A stretch of 64,000 nucleotides of DNA from Candidatus Dojkabacteria bacterium (GCA_016931155.1 JAFGFJ010000002.1:385-64384); one strand, 5' to 3'. Counted from the first letter of the stretch, positions 18,238-30,244 are shown. The notes: generated by a model not told the origin, from the sequence alone. Made by a program: numbers and translations.

Positions 18238-19575
18238 ATGGGAACAATGGAAACAGCGGAAACAACAATTTCTCAAATCTCTAAGCACAAAGGCGAAGAA
18301 GTAATCATCAAGGGATGGATTCACAACCTCCGTTCTTCCGGTTCCATTCACTTTTTGCAAATAAGGGACGGATCAGGATTTATCCAGGCAGTCGTTGAAA
18401 AATCCGCAGTTGACACAAAGGTTTTTAAAAAAGCCGAAAAAGTCACAATAGAAACATCCGTAATCCTTACAGGAATAGCAAAAGAAGACAAAAGAGCGCC
18501 ATCCGGTTTCGAACTTGCAGTAAATAACCTGGAGATAATCCAAATCGCAGATGAGTATCCAATTGGCAAAAAAGAGCATGGTCCGGAATTTCTTTTTGAC
18601 AACCGCCACCTTTGGCTCAGGTCACAAAAACAGTGGGCAATTCAAAGAATTCGAAATGAAATAATCAATGCAATTTATCTTCATCTGAATGACGAAGGCT
18701 TTATAAAAATTGATTCTCCAATATTTACACCAAACGCCGCTGAAGGAACAAGTACGCTTTTCGATGTATCCTATCTTCCTGCCTGGAAAGAAGGTGAGAA
18801 AGAAGGGCCTCATGTTTACCTCGCCCAGACAGGTCAGCTCTACATAGAGGCGGCTATTTTTGCACACGGAAAGGTTTTCGACTTTGGTCCAACATTCCGG
18901 GCAGAAAAAAGCAAGACAAGAAGACACTTGACTGAATTCTGGATGATGGACGCAGAAATGGCGTGGCATGACTGGCGGGACAATATGAAAGTTCAGGAAA
19001 AATTAACAATAGCAATCATTAGAAGAGTCCTCTTAAAATGTAAAAACGAGCTGGTTCTTCTTGAAAGAGATTTGCCGTCACTTGAGAAAATCCTCGAAGG
19101 AGATTTTCCTGTTCTAACACATGAGGAGGCAGTAAAAAAACTCCATTCACTTGGCTCAGACATAAAAGAAAGAGACGATCTGGGAGCAGATGATGAGACA
19201 ATCCTCACAGAGCAATTCGATAAACCAATCTTCATAGAAAAATACCCAAAGGAAGTAAAAGCTTTCTATATGAAACGTGATCCGAAAGATGATAGTAGAG
19301 TTTTAAACAATGACATGCTTGCTCCAGGAGGTTATGGTGAAGTGATAGGCGGTAGTGAAAGAGAAACAGATTATGATAAACTTATCGAAAGAATGAAACA
19401 GGAAAAGCTCGACCCGAAGGAATATGAGTGGTATCTTGATCTCAGGAAATATGGAAGTGTCCCTCACAGCGGGTTTGGAATTGGACTTGAGAGATATATA
19501 AGGTGGATATGCGGATTGAAGCATATAAGAGAGACTATTCCTTTTCCAAGAACATTGAACAGGATTACTCCATAA
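18238..19575 (+). CDS. asnS: Asparagine--tRNA ligase
   Basis: OB anticodon domain, RHLWLRS, YLAQTGQLY, FRAEKSKTRRHLTEFWM and YGSVPHSGFGIGLER motifs. Confidence 0.95.
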   Translation: MGTMETAETTISQISKHKGEEVIIKGWIHNLRSSGSIHFLQIRDGSGFIQAVVEKSAVDTKVFKKAEKVTIETSVILTGIAKEDKRAPSGFELAVNNLEIIQIADEYPIGKKEHGPEFLFDNRHLWLRSQKQWAIQRIRNEIINAIYLHLNDEGFIKIDSPIFTPNAAEGTSTLFDVSYLPAWKEGEKEGPHVYLAQTGQLYIEAAIFAHGKVFDFGPTFRAEKSKTRRHLTEFWMMDAEMAWHDWRDNMKVQEKLTIAIIRRVLLKCKNELVLLERDLPSLEKILEGDFPVLTHEEAVKKLHSLGSDIKERDDLGADDETILTEQFDKPIFIEKYPKEVKAFYMKRDPKDDSRVLNNDMLAPGGYGEVIGGSERETDYDKLIERMKQEKLDPKEYEWYLDLRKYGSVPHSGFGIGLERYIRWICGLKHIRETIPFPRTLNRITP

Positions 19576-19579
19576 AATC

Positions 19580-20704
19580 ATGCAGAAGAAAAAAAATATC
19601 AGCAAAAAACTAATAGTATTAAATATCATGCTTCTGCTTCTTGCGCTGGCAGTAGTTGTAGCAATTAAAATGTCTCCAGACAGCGAAGTGGAAAATTCTA
19701 ATAAAGAGCAGGAAAAACAGGAAGAGGTAAAAGGGGAAAATACGCAGACCACAATTAATGAAAACACAGAAGAAATAATTACATCCACATCAAACGATGC
19801 AAATAATTCAAGAGAGGAAGAAAACTCTGCGAACGAAATACAAACAGGAGTAGAAGTAAATGGACAATACTACACTTTCGATAATATTCCGGTAATTTCT
19901 TTGGGTACCAGATTTAGAATTTTCGGAACAGCAGAAGCTCTTGCTGAGGTTGAGATAGTGGTCAAACCCGAACAAATCAAATACACAACAAAAGTCAAAG
20001 ACGATAAAAAATGGTTCGTAGAAGTTGACACAAACCTGTTAGGAGAAGGAGATCACTCCTTTCAATCAAAAGTGATTTTACCCGGGGAGATTAATGGAAA
20101 TCTCTCAGCATCCGTTGCTTTCAAGGTTAAAGACCAGGATCAAACAACTTCTAAAGCCGACACAACCGGAATCTCAAAAGAAACCAATACCACTCTGTCC
20201 AAAGATAAAATCTATGATACACTCACAACTCTACCTGTTCTTCTTTCTGCCATTGCACTAGGCATAATTGTCTGTCTGGTGACAGCATTTTTGCTTATTA
20301 AAAAGAAAAATCCCATGGAAATAAGCGTAGATACAAGAATAAGCAATTCTGATCCCGGATCAACATTAAACCCGGAAGTGGATCTGAAAATCAGAAGTAA
20401 TCTAGATAAACCAAACAAAGAGGAAGCCGGAATAATTGATGAACCGACATCCGGGGAATCACTAAAGCCATTACTTGAGCAATCACTTGAATCATCACTG
20501 CCGACATCCGGGAAAACACCAGATAAACCATCTGAGTCACCACATAACCCCTCGCAAAAACCATTCCCGACCAAGACCGACATTAAGCAGTCTCCTGAAG
20601 ATCAGGTCTCAACTGCATCTGCTAAATCTCACACAAAACAACAGTCTCATACCGGCAAGACCACCGCAGAAGAGAAGAAAGATGATCAATCTGCTCAAAA
20701 ATAA
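19580..20704 (+). CDS. Hypothetical membrane protein with Ig-like domain and Pro/Ser-rich tail
   Basis: Two TM segments flanking a GTAEA...W...LGEGDH Ig-like region. Confidence 0.6.
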   Translation: MQKKKNISKKLIVLNIMLLLLALAVVVAIKMSPDSEVENSNKEQEKQEEVKGENTQTTINENTEEIITSTSNDANNSREEENSANEIQTGVEVNGQYYTFDNIPVISLGTRFRIFGTAEALAEVEIVVKPEQIKYTTKVKDDKKWFVEVDTNLLGEGDHSFQSKVILPGEINGNLSASVAFKVKDQDQTTSKADTTGISKETNTTLSKDKIYDTLTTLPVLLSAIALGIIVCLVTAFLLIKKKNPMEISVDTRISNSDPGSTLNPEVDLKIRSNLDKPNKEEAGIIDEPTSGESLKPLLEQSLESSLPTSGKTPDKPSESPHNPSQKPFPTKTDIKQSPEDQVSTASAKSHTKQQSHTGKTTAEEKKDDQSAQK

Positions 20705-21833
20705 CTATAAACTGGTATTTCTTGTAATTTCTGTATTTGATATCATCTTGTTTTCTATATTCACCTCCCAGTATCAGTTAAGCCCTGTTCCTAAAAGAAA
20801 TGTTTTTCAAATTAATGAGTCATTTGTAGAAATTTATTCACACTACAGAAAAGATGAAATCGTAAACAGACTCGCCCACTCAATGGATAACACCAGGAAA
20901 ATCGGACAAATATTTATGCTTTCAATTCCCGGGACAACACTTGATGCAAAAACAATAGAATTACTACAGAAATACAATATCGGAGGAATAGCCCTTCTAG
21001 GCAAGAACATTCAAAATGAAACCCAATTAAAAGCACTTACACAGGAAATATATGATAATTCTGACATCAATCCATTTATCGCAGTTGATCAAGAGGGGAG
21101 ATCAGTAAATAGAATATATTGGGATACAACTGCAGGGAAGCCTCACACAATAGAAAATTCCCGAATACGAAGCTCATTACTTATTTCCCTTGGAATCAAC
21201 ATGAACCTTGCCCCCATCGCAGATATTCCGTTGATTCAAAAATCATTTATTAAAAATAGGGCTATCGGGAATAATGCAACTGAAGTTACTTCCAGTGCTT
21301 TAATAATCCTTGCCGGTCATGAGGAAAATAATGTACTCACAAGCACAAAACACTTTCCGGGTCACGGAAGAACAACAACAGACTCACATAAAATACTTCC
21401 AATTATTGGTATTTCAAAAGAAGAACTGACTCAAAACGAACTGGTACCCTTCAAAAAGATTGTAGAATCAGGAGCTCCTGCTATCATGACAGGACATCTA
21501 CTTTTTCCACAAATTGACAGTGAGCCTGCAAGCCTATCAAAAACTTTTCAAACAAATATCTTACGAAATGAGATGGGATTTTCTGGATTGATCATATCCG
21601 ATGACATGAATATGGGAGGTATAACAAACGATTCAAATCGATTCGATAAAGCCCTAAAAGCAGGAACAAACATGATTATTTATGTACAATCGAACGATAG
21701 ACAAATCGAGATAATCAACTCTCTGATCCAGAGACTACAGAAAGATTCGGAATTATCGACCATGACAGAGGATTCGATAAAAAGAATACTACTCGCAAAA
21801 TGCAAATACAAGATTCTTGAAGAATGCAACTGA
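20682..21833 (+). CDS. nagZ: GH3 beta-N-acetylhexosaminidase, membrane-anchored
   Basis: AVDQEG, NLAPIAD, KHFPGHG...DSH and ISDDMNM motifs. Start placed at MINLLK before the TM helix. Confidence 0.85.
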   Translation: MINLLKNNYKLVFLVISVFDIILFSIFTSQYQLSPVPKRNVFQINESFVEIYSHYRKDEIVNRLAHSMDNTRKIGQIFMLSIPGTTLDAKTIELLQKYNIGGIALLGKNIQNETQLKALTQEIYDNSDINPFIAVDQEGRSVNRIYWDTTAGKPHTIENSRIRSSLLISLGINMNLAPIADIPLIQKSFIKNRAIGNNATEVTSSALIILAGHEENNVLTSTKHFPGHGRTTTDSHKILPIIGISKEELTQNELVPFKKIVESGAPAIMTGHLLFPQIDSEPASLSKTFQTNILRNEMGFSGLIISDDMNMGGITNDSNRFDKALKAGTNMIIYVQSNDRQIEIINSLIQRLQKDSELSTMTEDSIKRILLAKCKYKILEECN

Positions 21834-21897
21834 TTTCCGAATTTAGACAGCCAAGGAAATTCTTTATCCCGGCCGCCTAATTTTTTACCCCTGCGTC

Positions 21898-23103
21898 TTA
21901 ATTCTTTACCTCGATAAAGAATTGCATTGGAGATTCAGTTGCATAAATTCTGTAATCAGACTCTTTGTTCAAATTCAAAGTTAGTGTGGTTGTATTACCC
22001 GCCGTAACAGCCTCCATTGTCTTAACATTCCCGTTGTTTATCTCTACAGTGCTCTCAGCATTCCTACTGACCCTGTTTTGCATAACAACAACAAGCTTTA
22101 CCTCACCATCCTTCTGAAGTTGTGCACTCACATTCGGTATACCACCAGAAAGATCATAAGCAATCTTGGTATAGGAACCATAATTCTGCCATTTAAAAGT
22201 CACAGTATTGACAACATTACCTGTAACATCAGTCACAATCCACTGAGGATTCCTGGAAAATTCATTGGTTAGAGTCTTCACAGTGGGCTTACCTGTTCCA
22301 GTATCTTCAGATACTCCTGTCCCTCCTTCGATCTCTTCTGCCTCTTCTGTCTCTTCAAAAGGCTGCTCTTCCTCAACCTCCTTTATATCAATAACAATCC
22401 TGTTTGGCTCTTCAAGAAGATGCATAAAATAACCCGTTTCATCAGACAGCTCAATAGTATAATTCTCAGTATCCTCCCCGGACGCTGTATTATGCATAAT
22501 CATAGTTACAATTGAATTTAGAACTCTCTGCTCAACACCGACTTTAAGACCACTTCTATCTTCTGAAATATTATTAAAATTAATGGAAATTTTCTGGTTT
22601 TCAAGAGTCGCTTCAGTTAGTGGAAACTTCGCACTTCCAGAAGAAGTGACCATAAAAACCACTCTGAAAAAATCCTCGTAGCTCTCAGTACTGAAGGAAT
22701 CAATTGTAAATGAATCACTGGAATTACTTCCCACACTTTGCGCAACAGTAAGAAAATCATCATCAGGTGCCGACTCGGCTTCGCTTGTTGAATTCTTATC
22801 AGCTATAATCGGTTCAAGTGTTTCCACATGGATCTCCTGCTCCTCCGCATCTTGCTGATTATCGTCAGTTGTCTTTTTTTCAGTAAGATTGTTTATTAGC
22901 AGGTAAATAACCACAGTAACAAGTGCCATAACTACCACCCAAATCAAAACCTTTACTATTGAGTCCCCCTTACCTTTCACCTCTTTAGAGGAATCTAATT
23001 TCAATGGAGTATTCACTGTCTGTTCTGATCTGTTCATCTGGATTGATCCACTGGCACCTCTCCTGTCTGAGAATGTTGAAGATGATTTTGTCGGCATAGG
23101 CAT
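21898..23103 (-). CDS. Hypothetical membrane-anchored protein with AMIN-like domains
   Basis: One TM helix and two beta-rich repeats ending LEEPNRIVIDI and ESPMQFFIEV. Confidence 0.55.
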   Translation of the reverse strand: MPMPTKSSSTFSDRRGASGSIQMNRSEQTVNTPLKLDSSKEVKGKGDSIVKVLIWVVVMALVTVVIYLLINNLTEKKTTDDNQQDAEEQEIHVETLEPIIADKNSTSEAESAPDDDFLTVAQSVGSNSSDSFTIDSFSTESYEDFFRVVFMVTSSGSAKFPLTEATLENQKISINFNNISEDRSGLKVGVEQRVLNSIVTMIMHNTASGEDTENYTIELSDETGYFMHLLEEPNRIVIDIKEVEEEQPFEETEEAEEIEGGTGVSEDTGTGKPTVKTLTNEFSRNPQWIVTDVTGNVVNTVTFKWQNYGSYTKIAYDLSGGIPNVSAQLQKDGEVKLVVVMQNRVSRNAESTVEINNGNVKTMEAVTAGNTTTLTLNLNKESDYRIYATESPMQFFIEVKN

Positions 23104-23238
23104 AGTTAGATTTTAAAATTCAAATTACATCTACACAGTATAGAAAAAATATTGGAGTAGATCAAACTTTGCCATTTGTGTTAGAATTACAGTTGAACTG
23201 AAACAATACCGAAACTTAACTGAAAACTTGAGACACAC

Positions 23239-26196
23239 ATGGAGGACTATCTGATCATAAAGGGTGCAAGAGAACACAATCTTAAAAATATCGATGTAAA
23301 GATTCCGAAAAATACTTTTACCGTGATTACGGGACTGTCCGGATCCGGCAAGTCCTCACTCGCATTTGACACAATCTATGCAGAAGGGCAGAGAAGATAC
23401 GTAGAATCACTTTCTGCCTATGCACGTCAGTTTCTGGGAATGATGAGAAAACCAGACGTAGATTATATTCAGGGCTTATCTCCTGCAATTTCTATTGATC
23501 AGAAGTCTGCAAGCCACAATCCAAGATCAACAGTAGGGACTGTCACTGAAATATATGATTATTTGAGGCTTTTGTTTGCCCGGGCGGGCCATCCCAGATG
23601 CCCGAATGATGACACCCTTCTTCAGGCACAGACAGTACAGGAAATCGTTGATTCCATCCTTGATACAAAAAACGAGATCAGACTCATGATCATGGCTCCC
23701 GTTATAAAGAACAGAAAAGGAACCTATGAAGAATTGTTCCAGAGATTTTTGACTCAAGGATATGTAAGAGTAAGAGTTGACGGACACATTTACAGTCTTG
23801 AGGAAGACATTAAGCTTGACAAATTTAGGAAGCACAATATTGAGGTCGTTATTGACAGACTATCAGTAAGTGAAAATTCAAAAAATGACAAAGAATTTAT
23901 AAAAAGAGTAACAGATTCTGTAGAGACAGCTCTCAATTTAGCTGAAGGAGAAATTATTGTGAGTAGAGAAAAAGTAATGGCTGAGGAAGAAGAGAATAAC
24001 AAAGCCCGACAAAATACAAACTGGGAAGATAAACTATATTCGGAGAAATTTGTCTGTCCTCTTGACGGAACATCCTTCCCTCAGATCGAGCCTCACACAT
24101 TTTCATTCAACTCACCATACGGAGCATGTCCCAAATGCAATGGACTCGGCTACATTCAAGAAATTGATCGATCTCTTGTTTACAATCCAAACCTGACAAT
24201 TGCCGAGGGAGGCATCTATCCGTGGTCAAGAATGGCAGACAATCACAATTCCTGGATGATGCAGATGATGAAAGCTGTTGCAATACAGGAAGGCTTTTCC
24301 CTTAAAACTCCGCTTAAAGATTTAAAAGAAAAATATTTGAATTTGGTACTTTACGGATCCGACAGAAAGTATTCTGTTGACTACAAGTATTCTACACGGG
24401 AAGGAAGCAGTCGCTATGAAACAAACTTCGAAGGCGTAATTCCAAATCTAATGAGAAGATACGGCCAAACTGACTCAGACTATATCAGAAAAGAAATTGA
24501 AAAATATATGAGAAATCTCACCTGTCCGGAATGCGGAGGGAAAAAACTCAAAAGGGAGGCTCTGGCTGTCACAATTCTCAATAAAAATATTATTGAAGTG
24601 GGAGCTTTTTCTATAAACGACCTGGTCGAGTGGTTTTGCAGATTAATGGATGAGAATTCTAAAGAGGATGACAGACTTTCTCGCCAGGCTCAACAGATTG
24701 TAAAACAAGTCGTGAAAGAGATTCTTGAGAGATTAAACTTTCTGCTTGCAGTAGGACTTGATTATCTTACCCTGAACAGAAGAGCCAGAACACTCTCCGG
24801 CGGGGAATCCCAGAGAATAAGACTCGCATCCCAAATAGGTAGCGGTCTTTCAGGTGTAATGTACGTACTGGATGAGCCATCAATCGGCCTCCATCAGAGA
24901 GATAATGAAAGACTATTAGGCACACTCTTGAAGCTTCGAGATCTCGGAAACACAGTCCTGGTCGTTGAACATGACGAAGATACCATCAGACATGCAGATC
25001 ATATTGTAGATGTCGGACCTGGAGCAGGGGAACATGGAGGGAAAGTTGTAGCACAGGGTACTTTAAAAGAAATTATCAATACCAACGGTTCAATTACCGG
25101 TGAGTACCTATCAGAAAAGAAAAAAATAACGAAACAAGAAATTATGAAACATGTGAAGACCATAAACGGCAGCCACATGATAGACGAAAAAAAAGTAAGT
25201 AGAGGATCTATATTTCTACATGGTGCAAATCACCACAACCTAAAAAATATTAACGTTGAATTTCCTCTTGGCAAATTTATTGCAGTTACAGGAGTTTCCG
25301 GCTCTGGAAAATCAACTCTTATCAATGACACGTTATACAGAGCACTTGCTCAGGAATTTTATAATTCAAAGGCTCAGCCCGGCAAATATTCAGTCATTGA
25401 AGGAATCGAAAATATTGATAAGGTGATAGCTATTGACCAGTCACCGATAGGCAGAACGCCACGTTCAAACCCGGCAACTTATGTTGGGCTTTTTACTCCG
25501 ATTCGTGAATTGTTTTCAAAGACAAAAGAGGCAAGAGTTAGAGGATATGGCCCAGGACGTTTCAGCTTTAACGTAAAAGGAGGAAGATGTGAAAACTGTA
25601 AAGGAGATGGGGTAATAAAAATTGAAATGCAGTTCCTGCCTGAAGTATACATTGAGTGTGAAGTATGCCATGGGAAAAGGTATAACCGGGAGGCACTTCA
25701 AATTGATTATAAAGGAAAAAGCATTTCAAATGTACTTGATATGACAGTAGAGGAAGCACTGGAGTTTTTCCAGAATATTCCCTCTATTGGGAGTAAATTA
25801 ACAACACTTCATCAGGTCGGCTTAAGTTATATAAAGCTTGGACAACCGGCAACAACCCTGTCGGGAGGTGAAGCTCAGAGAGTAAAACTTTCTACTGAGC
25901 TAAGTAAAAGATCCACAGGAAAGACCTTGTTTATTCTTGATGAACCAACGACCGGTCTTCATTTCGAGGATGTGAGAAGACTCCTTATTGTTCTTCACTC
26001 ACTGGTAAACAAAGGCAATACAGTTATTGTAATAGAACACAATCTTGATGTAATCAAAACCGCTGACTGGATAATTGATCTCGGTCCGGAAGGAGGAGAG
26101 AAGGGCGGAGAAGTAATAGCAACAGGGACTGTTGAAGAGATTATGAAAAATAATAAAAGTTATACAGGAGAGTGGATAAAAAAGAATAATAAATAG
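23239..26196 (+). CDS. uvrA: Excinuclease ABC subunit A
   Basis: Two ABC cassettes ([18 protein letters not shown]), zinc fingers and LSGGE signatures. Confidence 0.98.
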   Translation: MEDYLIIKGAREHNLKNIDVKIPKNTFTVITGLSGSGKSSLAFDTIYAEGQRRYVESLSAYARQFLGMMRKPDVDYIQGLSPAISIDQKSASHNPRSTVGTVTEIYDYLRLLFARAGHPRCPNDDTLLQAQTVQEIVDSILDTKNEIRLMIMAPVIKNRKGTYEELFQRFLTQGYVRVRVDGHIYSLEEDIKLDKFRKHNIEVVIDRLSVSENSKNDKEFIKRVTDSVETALNLAEGEIIVSREKVMAEEEENNKARQNTNWEDKLYSEKFVCPLDGTSFPQIEPHTFSFNSPYGACPKCNGLGYIQEIDRSLVYNPNLTIAEGGIYPWSRMADNHNSWMMQMMKAVAIQEGFSLKTPLKDLKEKYLNLVLYGSDRKYSVDYKYSTREGSSRYETNFEGVIPNLMRRYGQTDSDYIRKEIEKYMRNLTCPECGGKKLKREALAVTILNKNIIEVGAFSINDLVEWFCRLMDENSKEDDRLSRQAQQIVKQVVKEILERLNFLLAVGLDYLTLNRRARTLSGGESQRIRLASQIGSGLSGVMYVLDEPSIGLHQRDNERLLGTLLKLRDLGNTVLVVEHDEDTIRHADHIVDVGPGAGEHGGKVVAQGTLKEIINTNGSITGEYLSEKKKITKQEIMKHVKTINGSHMIDEKKVSRGSIFLHGANHHNLKNINVEFPLGKFIAVTGVSGSGKSTLINDTLYRALAQEFYNSKAQPGKYSVIEGIENIDKVIAIDQSPIGRTPRSNPATYVGLFTPIRELFSKTKEARVRGYGPGRFSFNVKGGRCENCKGDGVIKIEMQFLPEVYIECEVCHGKRYNREALQIDYKGKSISNVLDMTVEEALEFFQNIPSIGSKLTTLHQVGLSYIKLGQPATTLSGGEAQRVKLSTELSKRSTGKTLFILDEPTTGLHFEDVRRLLIVLHSLVNKGNTVIVIEHNLDVIKTADWIIDLGPEGGEKGGEVIATGTVEEIMKNNKSYTGEWIKKNNK

Positions 26197-26207
26197 AATC
26201 TTACGTA

Positions 26208-27230
26208 CTATTTACTGTTCATTATTTCATAAATAGCCTTCGCAAGCTTATGGCTATCATGCCTTATAAGACTTCTTCTAACTCTATCATTTTCCTGTCT
26301 TTCAACCAGATAGGAACTCAAAAGATCCTTTCTTATAATTTTTGATCTTATCCCTGATACTGAAAGATCATCTTTCACCGGGAAAGCTTTCTCATCGACA
26401 TAAACATCAAGTACGTCCTCAGGAAGCTTGGTACTATTTACAAGAATATAATCTGGATATTTCCCCAGGTATTTGATTATCTCAGAAACATGATCTTTTA
26501 TAGTGAAACCGTATGTTTGACCACATTTAGTCATCAAATTTGTAATATACACAAATTCTGCCTTTGATTCATTGATAGCTTCAGATACACCTGGTACTAC
26601 TATATTTGAAAGAAGTGAGCTATAAAGATCCCCCGGTCCCATTATTATATAATCTGCATTGAGTATCGCACATCGAGCTTTATTCGATACTTTTGTATTC
26701 GGCTGGATTCTTAAACTAGTTATTCTGGTAGTTGAATCATGTTTACTGTCAGGCTCATCAATATGAGCTTCACCCACAAGCACACTTCCATCTTCATATT
26801 CTGCTACAAGATCAACATTATCATTTGCTACCATTATGACCTCCCCCTGAACTCTCAAAATTTTTGAAGCCGCAGAAATTGCTTTTTCCTCTGAACCAAG
26901 TATCTCGGTTAATGCAGTTAACAATAGATTTCCGAAATTATGTCCTTTTAGACCATCTCCCTTTTCGAACCTGTACAAAAAAAGCTCTCTGAGAAGATTT
27001 TTGCCGTTACCTTCTCCAGATAAAGCAACAATTGCCTGCCGGAAATCACCGATAGGAAGAGTTCCAAACTCATCACGTAATTTCCCTGTACTCCCGCCAC
27101 TATCCGTAACCCCAACAATAGCATTAAGAGTAAGATTTGAATATTTTTTCAGACCAGAAAGAACAGTATATGTACCTGTTCCCCCTCCAATCACTACTAC
27201 GTTTATTTTTGTTTTTCGAGCTATATTCAA
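26208..27230 (-). CDS. yvcK: YvcK/GlmR family protein
   Basis: VVIGGGTG, DSGGSTG.LR, GHNFGNL, MGPGDLYSS and IRHDS motifs. Confidence 0.9.
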   Translation of the reverse strand: MNIARKTKINVVVIGGGTGTYTVLSGLKKYSNLTLNAIVGVTDSGGSTGKLRDEFGTLPIGDFRQAIVALSGEGNGKNLLRELFLYRFEKGDGLKGHNFGNLLLTALTEILGSEEKAISAASKILRVQGEVIMVANDNVDLVAEYEDGSVLVGEAHIDEPDSKHDSTTRITSLRIQPNTKVSNKARCAILNADYIIMGPGDLYSSLLSNIVVPGVSEAINESKAEFVYITNLMTKCGQTYGFTIKDHVSEIIKYLGKYPDYILVNSTKLPEDVLDVYVDEKAFPVKDDLSVSGIRSKIIRKDLLSSYLVERQENDRVRRSLIRHDSHKLAKAIYEIMNSK

Positions 27231-27468
27231 GCTATTTTTTTCTATTTCTTTCTCTTCTATCTACGCATTTTTTTCTTTTCCACCTGTCCTTTTTTTCTAC
27301 CTGCCTATTCTTCTTCCTATCCAGTCCCAGTTCTACAATTATCCCTTAGTGAAAAAACCTTACTTCAGTAAGGTAAGACATTTCCAATTCTCGCAGATAT
27401 TATCTGCCTCGTTATTTATACTTTTCGGCTTCTATTCTTATTGCCAAGTATACAATAAAAATATTTTT

Positions 27469-29238
27469 TTATTTCACAGTCACACTCTTCGCAAGATTTC
27501 TGGGTTTGTCAGGATTGTTCCCCAGTTTAACTCCGAGAAAGTATGAAAGCAACTGAAAAGGAATAACATTGAGTATCGGATCTGCAATACCGGCATCACG
27601 CAATATAATGCTATCATCAAAAAGATCGTTTTTTGATTTCGCAACTCCTATTGTCCAGGCTCCTCTAGCTTTCACTTCTGAAACAGCTGAATAAAGATCG
27701 GCCTTATCATCATCATTTGAAACAATTGAAATAACTGGCGTATCCTTTTCGATTAGTGCAATCACACCATGCTTAAGTTCACCCGCAGGAAACCCTTCAA
27801 AATGCTTGTATGTGATTTCTTTGATTTTCAAAGCTCCCTCTGTTGCAATATTTGAATTTTGTCCTTTTCCAAGAACAAAGCAATGTTCAATATTTACCAT
27901 TCTCCGGGCGATTTCCTGAATTTGAATAAATAGCTTTTGATCGAAAAATTTCTGAAGAATTTCTGAAAGGAAATAAATCGACTGCTTCGCTTCCTCATAC
28001 TTTCCAACTACAGCCTTTGCGATAAGGAGCCCCCACGAAATTTGTGCAGTAAAAGCCTTCGTTGATGCAACACATATCTCTGGACCAGATCTTGAAAGAA
28101 ATCCATAATCTGACATCCTGGTAATAGTCGATCCAATCATATTCACAACACTTCCTATTTTTGCTCCTTTTTCCTTCGCAAATTCTATCGTCTCAATTGT
28201 ATCAGCCGTCTCACCACTCTGGCTTACCGCAATAACTATATCATCCTTTGAAAATAAATTTCTGTAACTTCCTGCCTCACAAGACTTAAGTTCGATTGCA
28301 TGAATCCCTCCATACTTTCTCAAAAAAAAAGCAATCTGACCTGCGGCAAAGCCTGCTGTTCCAGCTCCAACAACATAAATATTTTTCGCTGTTTTAATTG
28401 CCTGAATTAAAGGTCTAAGCTCACTTTGAGAATATTGCACGGCTTCCCTGACCGTATGTTTTTGTTCTACAATCTCTTTAAGCATATAATGATCATAACC
28501 CTCTTTCCCAATACCAGCTGAGTTTTGAGGAAGTTTTTTCTCTTTGTATAAGATTTCTTCCCCAGAATTAACATCAAAAAGTCTTAGTTTTCCGTTATCG
28601 TACTCTGCCATTTCAAAATCATTTAGAAAAATAACCCTGTCAGTCTGATCAGCAAAAGAAAGAGTATCTGAGGCAAAATAAATTCCATCGCCTCCGATTC
28701 CAAGCACAAGAGGCGAGCCGTTCCTTACCGCAACAATATGCTTTTTGTCTCGTTCCAGGAGAATAATAGTATTTCTGCCTTTGAGGTCAAGAAAGGCGAG
28801 CCGCACTGCTTCAAGAAGACAATCTGACTTTTTGAGATTATCCTCAACAAGTCTTACAATAATCTCTGTATCAGTCTCACTATTAAATTTGTAACCCTTT
28901 GAGATCAGTTTACTCTTTAGTTCTTGAAAGTTTTCAACAATTCCATTCTGTGCAAGTACGAACCTGCCATCTACACTCTCATGAGGATGAGCATTAAGTT
29001 TAGTTGCTCTACCGTGAGTTGCCCATCTGGTATGACCGATTGCAATTGGAGCTTTGGGAATAATTCTGGAACATGTAAAGTTTCCTATTTCTCCCGCCTT
29101 CTTGTACAAAACTATTTTATTCTTTTTCTGATAAGCTATTCCCCACGAATCATAGCCTCGGTACTCAAGTCTCTTTAAACCGTTTACAACGATTTCAGGT
29201 GCATTTCCTTTTCCTGAGTATCCAAATATTCCGCACAT
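27469..29238 (-). CDS. glmS: Glutamine--fructose-6-phosphate aminotransferase
   Basis: MCGIFG start, LEYRGYDS, GHTRWATHG, SQSGETADT and PRNLAKSVTV motifs. Confidence 0.97.
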   Translation of the reverse strand: MCGIFGYSGKGNAPEIVVNGLKRLEYRGYDSWGIAYQKKNKIVLYKKAGEIGNFTCSRIIPKAPIAIGHTRWATHGRATKLNAHPHESVDGRFVLAQNGIVENFQELKSKLISKGYKFNSETDTEIIVRLVEDNLKKSDCLLEAVRLAFLDLKGRNTIILLERDKKHIVAVRNGSPLVLGIGGDGIYFASDTLSFADQTDRVIFLNDFEMAEYDNGKLRLFDVNSGEEILYKEKKLPQNSAGIGKEGYDHYMLKEIVEQKHTVREAVQYSQSELRPLIQAIKTAKNIYVVGAGTAGFAAGQIAFFLRKYGGIHAIELKSCEAGSYRNLFSKDDIVIAVSQSGETADTIETIEFAKEKGAKIGSVVNMIGSTITRMSDYGFLSRSGPEICVASTKAFTAQISWGLLIAKAVVGKYEEAKQSIYFLSEILQKFFDQKLFIQIQEIARRMVNIEHCFVLGKGQNSNIATEGALKIKEITYKHFEGFPAGELKHGVIALIEKDTPVISIVSNDDDKADLYSAVSEVKARGAWTIGVAKSKNDLFDDSIILRDAGIADPILNVIPFQLLSYFLGVKLGNNPDKPRNLAKSVTVK

Positions 29239-29327
29239 AACAAAAAAATTAAAGCATGATGTATAACGAAGCTTGCGAAGATCCATTACAAAGGTTATGC
29301 TATTGTATATTTATTATTCTTCTAAGA

Positions 29328-30131
29328 ATGATTTATTTCCTGAGGCAAACAACAAAATCATTTCTGCAGTTTGCAGTAAAAGCAGTACTGGTTTTTGGTC
29401 TGGTTATAGCAGTAATTTTTATTGGAACCATGGTTTTCTTTAAAGAAGCACAGGGCAATCTGAATGTTGATAGAACATTTTCGGTATCAGGTACTGCAAA
29501 GAAAATGGTTACACCTGATATTGCAGAATTAACAGTTGGGACGATAGTACAGGGAAAAGAAATTAACATGATTCAGGACGAAGCAACACAAAAAATAAAT
29601 AATGCGACAGAAAAGATTAAATCCCTGGAGATTCCTTCTGAAGATATTCAGACAATAAACTACAACCTTACTCCAGAGAAAAAGATAAACTCAAACGAAA
29701 TAGAATCGTACACAGTAAACATCGCAATAAAGATCACATTGAGAAATACCGAACCAAAAGACGAAATGGTTGGGAATGTAATTGAAGCTGCAACCTCTGC
29801 TGGTCTAAATGAAGTAAGAAGTCTTTACTTCAAGGTCGATAACGAGGAAACAATTTTAGATGAACTCAAACTTGAAGCAATAGAGAATGCAAAAGAAAGA
29901 GGAAAAATCCTTTCATCTGAAGCTGGATTGAAACTTGGCAAACTGATCAATATGAGCGAAGGATACGGCTCTTATTCGTCATACTCCAACTATCCATACG
30001 AACCTAGAGTTCCTGAAAATGCTGCAATAAGCCAGGATATTTTACAAAGTGATGGAAATCCAATAGTGCAGATTCAGCCTGGACAGTTTGAACTATCGAC
30101 TATTATCACTCTTTTATACGAGACAAGATAG
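29328..30131 (+). CDS. SIMPL (DUF541) domain protein
   Basis: SVSGTAKKMVTPDIA, IQTINYNLTP, AIENAKER and IQPG motifs. Confidence 0.85.
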   Translation: MIYFLRQTTKSFLQFAVKAVLVFGLVIAVIFIGTMVFFKEAQGNLNVDRTFSVSGTAKKMVTPDIAELTVGTIVQGKEINMIQDEATQKINNATEKIKSLEIPSEDIQTINYNLTPEKKINSNEIESYTVNIAIKITLRNTEPKDEMVGNVIEAATSAGLNEVRSLYFKVDNEETILDELKLEAIENAKERGKILSSEAGLKLGKLINMSEGYGSYSSYSNYPYEPRVPENAAISQDILQSDGNPIVQIQPGQFELSTIITLLYETR

Positions 30132-30244
30132 ACATCTGACCACATCAACTGATATAACGTCCGTTAGAACGACTGGTATAGAGGCGTAGATGCTGGCATA
30201 GAGACTGATGACTGACGTTAAGATTGATAATGGCTACTGGATAT

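Noticed and set aside
23150-23238. LexA box upstream of uvrA
   Set aside because: Only weak ACTGAAA repeats, with no convincing known SOS palindrome.
27231-27468. Strongly purine-skewed spacer between glmS and yvcK, and the overlapping 181-aa plus-strand ORF
   Set aside because: Low complexity with no clear structure. The ORF is largely antisense to yvcK.
29239-29327. glmS ribozyme
   Set aside because: Only about 90 nt of AT-rich divergent promoter region, with no recognisable ribozyme core.
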